Source: Selaginella moellendorffii
Taxonomy: Eukaryota; Plantae; Lycopodiophyta
Assembly (NCBI RefSeq): GCF_000143415.4
Contig: NW_003314320.1
Coordinates: 815,159 to 879,158, forward strand
DNA: 64,000 nucleotides
Direction of reading: 5' to 3'
This document shows, in pieces, positions 37,401 to 47,440 of the stretch. How positions within the stretch are numbered: the stretch's first letter is position 1; the number at the start of each line of letters is the position of its first letter. The notes under the pieces are model-generated. The model searched no databases, was not told the origin of the DNA, and saw only the letters and a list, made by a program, of their open reading frames with translations. A program made the translations under genes and the position numbers.

Positions 37401-40042
37401 GCACAAGGTAAGGTCACGTGAGGCCTCATGCCATTTTGATTATAGATCGTTGTGAATATTCAGACACGAGGACTGAAAAGCGTACTGGTGGCGCGTCGAA
37501 GAAGGACAAACAGACAAGCAATAGGAAAAAAGGAGGTACAAATTATATTTGCAATGGTGTGTGGTCTCATGCCATTCCTTGCAGGAGACACTTCTTCAAA
37601 GGCAAAACAGGCAAGCACCAGCCAAGCTCAAACTGACAGTGGTCATAAAAAGCGAAAACACGTTGGACAGTCATCGGGATCAGAGGTGTTTGATTCGAAA
37701 AGGAAGAAGGGCAATGAAAAGATGATAGGTAATGCCTCGCGGTCACCACCTCCTGACTCAGATTCCTATGGCGGACTCCCCTTCCCCAATCTCAATGGAG
37801 AGGTACAATGGATGAGGGATGCTTTTCAAGTCAGGGCCACGTTTTTCTCATCTCGTCGTCTTCAAAGGGTGCAAGAACGTGTAGAAACCATGTTAAGACA
37901 GTCGGGTGAGGATACGGTCCTAGATCATGCACTAAAACAGGCTATGGATGTCTTGTATTTTGAGATGGAGACTCGGCCAGATGATTTTCCCAAGATGGTC
38001 CTGGAAGAACAAGCCATCCAGCCTGAGCAGCCTATGGAAGAAATGCAGGAGGGGGATGAGGAGCCAGAGAAAGATAATGAGCAGGAAGAGCAGAAGGAGG
38101 AAGAGGAGGACAAAGAAGAGGAGGACGAAGAAGAGGAGGACGAAGAGGACTTGGATGGTCCTCACAATGGTGACGATCACAATAACGACGACGACAATGA
38201 TGACGATGATGGCCAGCCTGAGGTGGCCAAAGAGCAGCGGAGGAAGGTCATACAAGACAAACCATCAGGTAAATAATAGTACATCCATTCCTAACCTTTT
38301 ACCATTTCTAACATTGTCCATGTAGGTTGCAAAGCAAATGGTAAGTAGAGATTATTCAGTTGAATTAAGATACAAACTCTAGCCTTTAGTGTCGAGGAAG
38401 GATAGTGCCAAGCAAGGGTCGAAACGTATGTCCAATCCTTCAGAATCAGCAGTGCGCCCAAGTGATATCGGTCCTAGTTCCTCAATAGCAGTTGATGGTA
38501 AATACAGTATAGTCGATTCAATGTGCTAATGAGTTTGTTTTTAGTAGCCAGTAGGGAGGATACCATCTCAATCGAAGGGAGATATTTGGACATGCATATG
38601 GATCCACCAATGGACTCTACTTGCCTGCAAGAGTCATCAGAGCTGGTGGAGGCTACTATCCATATCAACGCCAAGCAAGCTGACCACGCTCCACTTGATG
38701 CTGCCCATACCACTGAGTCAATCTTGTCCACGTATCCAACTGACGGTGACCAGGCGCCATTGGACCCGCATGAGGCCGCCCCAGCCGCCAAGCCGGTCGT
38801 ATCCTCATTTCCAATGGACTCAACGTGTGCCCAATCGTCTGACTACGCGCCATTGGAACCTCCCTACACCACCCCTGCTGCCTGTTCGGTCATGTCCACT
38901 TTGCCAACGGAGGCACCAGCTGAAATGGCGTGTGATCACACGCCATCGGAACCACCCCATGCCACTGTTGAGCCAGTTGTACCAGAGTCTACAGCTGAAA
39001 TGGCATGTGCCCACACGCCATCAGATGCGATTGACCCCACATTGCAGAGGAGAGTATTTCCGCCCTTCACGTTTCCTTGACCAAAACCCTCTCAACGACC
39101 ATCGGGAGCACCATTCGCTAATATTGTAGATGGTAAAATTGACTTGTACCATTTTTTATGCTGACGCATTTCATTTCAGAGTCACGGCGAAGGTACTGTA
39201 TCATTTTTGATCTGAACGGTGTCCTTTTCTCCCATGAGCGTGGCTCGTCCTTGAATGTCACTGCACCCTCCAAAGCCTGCGGTCGCAAGTTGGTCAAAAG
39301 AGACAGATTCACATTAATCACACGGGAGAAACTGCGGGATCTAATAATGACCATGCGACACTTAAAACAGAGGGTTGGGTTCAATTTGCAATTGGGAGTT
39401 TGGACATCCATGATGCGCCACAATGCATTAATGTTGCTACAGATGATGCACGATCAGACGCTAGTAATATTACCATTTGACTTTCTCCTAACGCAGGAGG
39501 ATTGCTTGACTATGGTCCATGTGAGGGGTAGCAAGCCCATCTTCGTCAAACCAGAGGCTGTAGTGATGAACCGGACTGCTAGGTCAAGTGAAATCCTCAT
39601 CATCGATGACTCGCCGATTAAAACTGCAGCGAACACGCACACATATGCAGTGCACCCCATCTCTTGCAGTATGGAAACTAGGGAGAAGAAACCGTATGTT
39701 CTGGGTGACCTTGCAAAACGGCTTGGAGCGATGGTGATAGAGAACCGGCCAGTCCAGGAGGTGGCTGCAGAAATCAACCAAATGGCATATGGAACGGTAT
39801 ATCAGAAGCCATTTGATCGGACAGACACCAGTCATCATTTATGGCATGTATATTGTCTAGCCAAGCACTATCCGCATCTCCATAATCTGCTCAACCGGAT
39901 GGGTTCTTCGACCACTAAACATGAGCGTGGACGTATTAGAGAAGAGATGGCATTACTATTGGGTTTAAATCCTGATAGTGTGGAGAGTGATGAAATTCCA
40001 AGATTATTGTATAAGCGTTGGAGGCAAAAAATAACAGTCTGA
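34497..40042 (+). pseudogene. 10-exon ~1640-codon fusion gene: ParB/Srx-like + degenerate N4/N6 DNA methyltransferase-like + acidic linker + FCP1/NIF HAD phosphatase-like; two premature stops and one frameshift
   Basis: Exons 34497-34499, 34739-35917, 35972-37285, 37336-37407, 37446-37535, 37585-38268, 38326-38340, 38390-38497, 38545-39132, 39180-40042. All introns are GT-AG and frame-consistent (the last seven are phase 1). Stops TAA 35351 and TGA 39078; 1-nt shift near 36336. Confidence 0.75.
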
Positions 40043-40484
40043 GATGGCATGTATTTATTTAAAAATGTAACTTATTATGGCATGGGGTTCCATGCCATTG
40101 TATTAATATTAAAAGACAATTCTTTGAGAGGATTTGCATTATACTAGAAGTGTTACAGCATGTTATTGGAAGTCTACGAAGTTGTTTTATTAATAAGGGG
40201 AAAGTAAAGATTGAATGGGGACTTGGGCTCCACCTAGACTCGGAGCAACTGAGCCAATATTAAAAGGATGGAAAGAAATTAGACGACGATGACAAAGAGA
40301 AGAGAGAGGTGAAGCAGTGGCAGGGGGAGGAGAAGTGATTGAGTAGACATTTCCTTGTTTAAAATAAAATGGCATGTGCCTCAATGCAGTTGAATTTTGT
40401 TATATTTATATACTATATAAAGGTTTGGAAACCTTATTTTACAAGTGGGATAATGACAATTCCCACTTTAACGAAATAGAGCTT

Positions 40485-42149
40485 ATGGTGATAAGGTTCA
40501 GTTGTCCAAAGCTCGATTGGACGTTCTAGAAGGACAATTGGCATAGACCAATGCCCTGCTAGAGACTCTCGTACGTAAGTTAAAGCATGACGAGAAGCGG
40601 AAGAAAAGGCGAAAGACTGCGGATGCTGGCAGCGCAGAAGGTGCGGACCCTTCGGCAGGGATTGAGGTAAAACTAAACAAGGTCGAACAAACCGAAATGG
40701 AATCAGTCCCTCAGGCAATTCCTAAGTACAAACCAAAGCCTCCACTGATCTTCAAGGGAGTGAATGACTATAAGGTGGTGGAGGATTGGTTTTACAATAT
40801 GGAAGACTACTTCTGAGCATTGTAGTTACCGAGCTTGAAAAAAGTTCCATATGCAAAACCATACTTGGGAGATAATGCCAAGTCTTGGTGGAGAATGACA
40901 GAGGCCAACGAAGGACCGGTGGCTACTTGGGAAATGATGAAGGCGAGGATCCACGCGACTTACGTTCCTCCAAATGCTACTCTACACCTAAGGGATGAGT
41001 TGAGTAGGCTAAAGCAAATTAGAACCATTCAAAAGTATGTGAATGGGTTTATGGCAAAGAGGATACTTGTCACAAATATTGCCTTTATATCAAGGTTGCA
41101 AACTTGGGCTCGTGGTGAGGTGATGCATTGAAACTTGACCAACTACAAGGAAGCATTGGATGCGGTTATTAAGGTGCATTTCAATGATAACCTGCGAAAG
41201 GAGAATATGACAAGATCGAGGTTGACGTTTAGCAAAGGGGCCAAACCAAAGGGAATATATAACAAAGGGAAATTCAAGAAGAGTTTCTATAAGAATGAAT
41301 CCTCGGGGTTCCAGAAAGGTAGATCCGGTGGCCAGCAAGCAAGTACGTGGGGGAGTAAAAAAAAAAGAGATAAACCCACAAATAAGAAGGTCAAGTTTGC
41401 TAATAGTGTGGGAAACAACGTATGCTATAACTGTAATGAAGTGAGACACTTTTCGAGGTAACATCCCTACCTAAAGAAGGCCAGAGCTAATATAGCCATT
41501 AAGTTGGGTGAAATCTAAATTGAAGTACGTGATCCAGTCCCTAGCTCAAAGTTATTCATTACATGAGCAACTTTGGTAGAGAGTCGTTCGCGACATCTAC
41601 TAGCTCTCCGAGGGAAGCTCAGAGGTAGCTTTGTTAAGATCCTTATTAACATGGGTGCTTCGAATAATTTTGTGGCTAAACATAGTCTGGCAAGCTGGAC
41701 TAATGGTGTAGTGGCTGGGTGAACTAAGGACGATAGAGTTTGTTTAAGGTAGCTAAAGTACCAATGAGATACTTTAACAAGCAAGAGTTGAAGTAGGGAC
41801 ATGGAAAGTAGATATGGATTTCACCGTGTTGGACATGGTGGGATTTGACGTGATCTTTGGGATGGATTGGTTCAATCGGTTCATAGTAGCCCTGCATGGA
41901 CAAGGTAGAAACCTTGTGGTACTAGCGAATGCCCAAGGAAGAAGATCCAAGGTGGAGGCCTAGGATCTAAAGGTAGGGCAATGCAAGGCCAAAGATTCCT
42001 ACCTAAACCTGGTGTCCACGAGAGGACAACTCACTAAAGGAACCAAGGCAGCATTCTTGTGCTTACTCTTGGTGAAGAGTCACTAAAAGACGGGAACGGA
42101 AGAAGTACCTTTAGTGATCTAACGGGTGTTGGACAATTCCAGAATACCA
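40485..42149 (+). mobile_element. Family B gag-protease fragment (degenerate)
   Basis: VEDWFYNMEDYF, LGDNAKSWW, CYNC zinc knuckle, LINMGASNNFV, DVIFGMDW; 41330-42149 parallels 47445-48272. Confidence 0.85.
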
Positions 42150-45100
42150 GGTTTGTCGAGCTCCTTCTTGACTTGCTCCATGAGGTTTGGGTTCATCCGG
42201 TAAGGTGCTTGTCGCTTCGGCCGGGCATCCGGGAGGAGGGTGATGGTGTGCAGACATAAGTCCGGTGAGACTCCTTTCAAGTCTTTGTAGCTCCAAGCAA
42301 ACAAGTGCTTTTTCTTCTGGAGGAGTCTCAGGCCTTTGTTCCAGAAACTCTCAAAGATGTCTTTGGCGAGGATGATGTGATGCTGATTCTGGTCGGTGGC
42401 AAGGTTGATCTTCTCGAGAGGTTGGTTGGTCGGTATTGTCGGGACATAGGCGACTTTCTGGTCGAAGTCGACAATGAATGCTGGCTGAGTGGCGATGGTG
42501 GTGTCTCTGGTTGTCGGGTTCTTCAATGCTTCGGTAAGCTGGGGTCGCTCTCAGCTGAAGTCGGCTGCTACTCTAAAGATGTCGATTTCAGCGAGCGGTT
42601 CGAGGTCGGGGTAGGCTTGGAGTATTTGCTGTTCTTCATAGTCGTCGAGGCCGGTTTCGAGGTCATAGTCTTCGAGGTCAACCGGTCGGATGTTCGTCGG
42701 AAGGTGTTTCGACGAGTTTGTTGAGACTGTTACTGGACCTTGCGGGCCTTGGAGGAAGATCTGGTTGGTCGACTAGTTGTGCATTGCTTGAGCGTGTTTG
42801 AGCCACGGGCGTCCGAGGAGGACTGCATAGCCGTCGGAGTCCTTCGGAAGCTTGAGGATGACATAGTTGACTGGAACTCTGATGCCTCTGATATTGGTGA
42901 TGACATTCCGGATAATTCCTCGGGGTCGGACTGATTGGTGGTCGGCCATTCGGACATTAAACAACGCTGGCTCAACTGGACCAAGGTTGATTTGTCGGAC
43001 AAGACTCTCTTCGATGATGTTGATGCCAGAGCCGCCGTCAAGCATGGCTCCTCGGACTTGGTGTCGACCGATTCGGAGGTCGATGGTTGGAACTTCATTG
43101 TCACAGTCTCCGAGTTGTATCTCAGCTTGAAAGGCGTCGACAGTGTCCTTGCTGGTATTCAGTGCTGGGGCGTCCGTTGGAGGTGTGTTCGGAGGGTTAG
43201 TCAGACTTACCAGTTGGTTGACGAGATATGGAGCGATCTTCAAAAGCTGGCCGACAGTGATCTGGATGTTTTGGGTGAGGATGGATTCGGCGACAGTTGT
43301 ATCTCCAATTGAGTTGGCCAAGAGTTGTGCCGGTGGAGCTGTCGGCTGGTTTCTCATTTGCTGTGTGCTTGACTCGGGCTGTTCTTCATCTTCGGAGTCG
43401 AGGATGACTAATTCGGGTGGCTGTTGAGTAAGGTGCTTTTGTACTTTGGCAGCTAGCTGTCGGCGTTTCTTCCACTCCAGGGTTTGTTTCGGGCGCTCTG
43501 AGCCCGTGTTATCTTTGGTGTTTGAGTCTTTATCCGGTCGTTGTCGGTGCTGTGCTCGAAGTTGTGCTCGAGTCTGGACTGCCAGAACTTGTGGCTCTGG
43601 GTCTTCTTCGGGAAATGGGAGTTCGTCAGCTTCAATGAGTCTGGTTGCCGGTGGTTGCTGTTGCTGTTGGTCTGGCTGTCTGGGCGGCGGCAGTCCGAGT
43701 CTTGGAGGGCCTGGCTGGTCTGGGATTCGGGGTTGCCATGGGCGGCTGTTGTAGTTGCCTTGATATCTCTGGTCTTGATAGCCTTGATATCGGTTGTAGC
43801 CTTGATACCCTTGATTCTGGTAGCGTGGATAGGCTTGGCTGTTGTTGTAGTCCATCTGGTTTTGTCGGTATTGTTGGTATGGCCGGTTGTCGGGTTGTTG
43901 GTATCGGTCATTGTAGTAGGGTCGGTTGTTGTAGTTGTTGTTGAATCTCGGTGGTGCGTTCCATTGTCGCGGCATGTAGTTGTTCCGGGGCGGTCGCCAG
44001 TTGTTTGGAGGTGCGGCCGGATATTGGGTCGAATACTCAGGCTGTCAGGGAGGTCTCCGGGGGAAGTTGGAGATTTGTCAGACTTCAGGTTGGCTGCGGA
44101 ATCTGCATGTCTTGGCGTCATGGTTGTCTTTCCCACAGATTTGGCACTTAACGAGCTGGAGTTTGCAGTCGATGGTTGAGTGTCCTTCATTCTTGCATTT
44201 TGTGCACTAGACGCCGGTTCGGACATCGGATTTGTTGCCGGATGCAGTGAATTTGGTGAGGAGCTTCTGGATCTTTCGGATGCCGACTTTGTCCTTGGAC
44301 TTGCCGGTGAGGCTGTTGAGGAGGTCATCCTCATCTTCCTCGGAGTCGAAGTCTTCCGGTTCATCAACTCGGGCAGTTTATCGGCGGATTTGAACTTCTT
44401 TCAAGTCTTTGGAAAGAGTCTTGTAATCGCTGGTGTTGATTTTGGTGGCAGCTTTCTTCAAGTGTGAAGCTAGTCCCTGCATGTACCACTGGTATAAAAG
44501 TATGTCAGTAGAAGAGCTCTTGCAGCGGTTGGCGTGTTTGGTGAAGCGTTCGGTGTATTCTTTGAGAGTTTCGCCAGTACGCATCTTGATGTTCTGTATC
44601 TTCTGAAGCTTCTCTGACTGGCTGAGTGCTGACTTGAAGTGGTCGGTGAAGGCTTTGGTAAGGTCGTCGAAGGTGAGTTTCGGGTCAATCGTCTGGAGCC
44701 ATTCTCCGGCGCGTCCTTTGAGGGTGCATCCGAAGAGGAATGCGAGGTTGTCTTGCTGGCCATTGACTCGGGCGGCCTCCTTGAAGCGAATGACGTGCTT
44801 TTCTGGGTCTTCGGTCTTCTTCCCTCTGAATTGTGGGTAGGTGACAAGCTTGCCGATAACCGTGTTGGGGAGTACCATTGTCATGGTGATGATGTCTGGG
44901 GGAATGTCTGGTAGACTGTGTGGCAGATTGTTCGGTGGAGCGTTTGGCGGGACGTTTGACGGAGCAGTTAGTGGAGTGTTCTGTGGTGGCAGTGTTGATG
45001 TTAATGGTAGCAGATGTTCTCCGGCAGGCTTCAGCAAGGTCTCCGGAAAGGATTGTCGGAGTATTACCTGTAAATCCGGTTGCTGAAGATCGATGTCTGG

Positions 45101-47440
45101 TTCTGGTTGTTGGTGGGGTCTGCTGAACGCCTGGTCGAAAAGTTGGTCAAGTGTGTATTCGGAGGATTGGCCGAACTTGTATTGCTGGTGATGTGCTGGT
45201 CGATCGTCTGGGTCGACAATGTATATCGGTTGGAGGCCGTATTCGACTGAGTTGAGCTTCGGGGAGTCTGGTTGTTGCTGGAAGTTGTAGAAGTCTGGTG
45301 CGGAGGCGAACGGTGTGGTCGAGGTAGAAGCTGATACTGGCGTCGAAAACAGTGTGCCGAGGACTACTGGTGAAGCTGTCGGTACAGTCCAGGAGAAATA
45401 AGTTCTTGGGTCGGTTTGTCCTCGGAAGAGTGGGTTGTGGAAGCTGTGTTGGGGAGTGTGCTGAACTTCTGGCTGGGTTTCTAGCGGGTTCTCCGGTGCT
45501 GCAGTTGGAGAAGCAGGCGGTGTCCTAAAATTCTGGTAGCCTTCTAAAATCCTTCCGGCGTCTTCGCCGGCTGCAATTTTGGGAAACAATTCATCAGTAA
45601 TGTACCTTTCTCTTTCAGAAACTTGTACAAAGTGGGACCACTGGGTGGCTTTTTCTTTTCTCTCTTTCTCTAGTCTCTTCAACTCTCGTTGGAGGTATCG
45701 TTGAAGTCTTTCAGTGTCTTCTTGTTGTTTACTGGCTGCTTTCCTCGGCTTGTTCATGCGGCTCTTTTCGGCCGTGGGTTCTTGTACACTAAAACTATCT
45801 TGAATGTTGGTATCTCGGGGATGAAGGTCTTCATCAAACTCTTGATTTGGTTGTCGGTGATGTTGTCGGGTATCGGGTTGTATGTCGAATCGGTGTCGAT
45901 GATAATCTTAAGGCTCCGGAAATATCTTCGGGCCTACAGCTTCGAAGCTAGTCTTCGGCAGTAGGTATTGTATAATCTTCTAAGGGTTACTATGCTGTAG
46001 AACTTCTCATAGTCGGTCCACTCTTGTTGGGCAGGATCATAGTTCAACTGGGTGGCGATGAGTCGTCCGGGCTGGTGTTCGGGCGCTCAGAGGAATACTC
46101 GTCCGGAAGTGGGTAGCTGTCGTACTCCAAGAGTTTCTTCTTCGTTTCTTTCTTTGGCTTGGGCTTGTCGGTGGAGTCTCCAATCGATTTGTCGAGATGA
46201 GGTGCTGAGTGCAAGCTGGTCTTCCAGGTGCTGGTGCCGAGATGAAGCTCGACGAAGAGTTTCGGATAGTCGGACTGGTTGGGGTGATCAGACCCAATTT
46301 CGTCGTCAATGGTCTCTAGGCCGGCGTACTCGATGGCATGGTCAAACAGAGTCTTGGCAGCGTGGAGATTAGCGTCGTGCCGTCGTCGGATGATGTCCTC
46401 GGTGCTGGTTTGGGCGCTTAGTCGGAGAGTCTGTCAGAAGATTGTTGGTGCATTCGGGAGCTTTCCTTCGGTGACTTGGCCAATGCCAGGATAGAGTGTC
46501 GGAGGCTCGTTGTAGGAGAACGTGCGGCTTATGTGTGGAAGAAGCGTTGGTCGGGAAGATCTGTTGCCGGAATTCTTGCTGTTCCTTTGTCTGGTCGGTA
46601 AAGCAGACCTGTTGTCAGAGAAGAGTTCGGAGGCTCTGCCGGCGAGTTCTCTAGCTTGCAGCCGGTGTTCTTCTGCTCGAATTCGGAGTTGGGCTCTCAG
46701 ATTGCTGGTCGGAGAAGATCTCGAAGGAGATGCTCGGGCTTGCTGTCGGTTCCTCGGTGCTGGCTGGTGAAGAGTTCGGTGCTGATGTTGGGGTTGATTG
46801 CAAAGGTCTTCTTCTCCTCGTTCGGATAGAGCGCTAGGAGGTCTCGTTGAAAGATCTTTAATTTCTTCAAAAATTTGCTGGTGTAGTTTTCTTCCTCTAG
46901 TAGTCGATGCAGCGAGGTGTGTTCCGGGTACCCATGTTGGTGGTGGCATACTCGATGTGGAGAGAAAGAGTGGTTCTTGAAATTCTTGAATCTCTGCACA
47001 CAAGAAAATTTCAAAAAATGCAAATGGTTACCAGATTCTCGTTCCTTGATCTCTCTCAGCGATCCATCCCACCGTGGTCGCCAAATGTTTACTGGGAAAA
47101 TGTGAGATGGATGAGAATGCTGCTATCGCTAGAACTCGATCTGAGAACTGGCGCTTGATCTCCGGAGGTCGCCAGCTATGGAGGGGTGAAAGAAGTGGTG
47201 GATCGGCGGGGAGAGAGACTCAAGTCAAAGATAATGCAAATAGGGGGGTGCGATTCAAGAGTCTTGAAGTACAATGGAATGGGAAAGGAGATGGGGAACC
47301 CTAGCTGCGCTGGGGTCTCTCAAAACCAGGCGGTTCTAACCGCCAGCATATGCCTAAAATAGAAATAAACTAGTAGTCGTTTGAACCTAGCTTTCAGTCG
47401 TGAGTGGAGCTACTCCTGGGCGTGCATGTGTTAGGGGAGG
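42150..47440 (-). mobile_element. Non-chromoviral Ty3/gypsy element (family C), 5' part: LTR remnant, PBS, gag, zinc knuckles, protease, start of RT
   Basis: LTR end at 47086; PBS TGGCGACCACGGTGGGA (47067-47083, tRNA-Arg-like); gag ORF 44378-45757 (FRGKKTEDPEKHV); two CCHC knuckles ~44105-44200; LDGGSGINII; FAWSYKDLKGV. Confidence 0.85.

Larger units (their letters stand above)
26906..40390. repeat. Dispersed 22-bp palindrome family ATGGCRTGWGGCCWCAYGCCAT, about 30 copies including degenerate ones
   Basis: Starts at 26906, 27222, 27311, 27718, 27911, 28071, 28217, 29559, 29616, 31462, 31532, 31568, 31738, 31836, 32448, 32523, 33380, 33459, 33618, 33753, 34525, 34602, 34662, 35939, 37413, 37554, 38925, 39000, 40077, 40369; also 63957 in copy 2. 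Confidence 0.92.
26741..40484. mobile_element. Large cargo-carrying DNA transposon-like element (Sola-like transposase); left end lost in the gap
   Basis: Transposase gene; right end ...AACGAAATAGAGCTT (40484) defined by a second copy beginning at 63595 inside an LTR; element-specific 22-bp palindrome throughout. Confidence 0.8.

Noticed and set aside
26906-40390. Palindrome series as a CRISPR array
   Set aside because: Spacing is irregular (tens of bp to kb), copies lie in introns and exons, there are no cas genes, and the context is eukaryotic
40443-40484. Helitron 3' end
   Set aside because: A subterminal hairpin is present, but the end is GCTT rather than CTRR, and no Rep/helicase is visible; a DDD/E transposase is present instead
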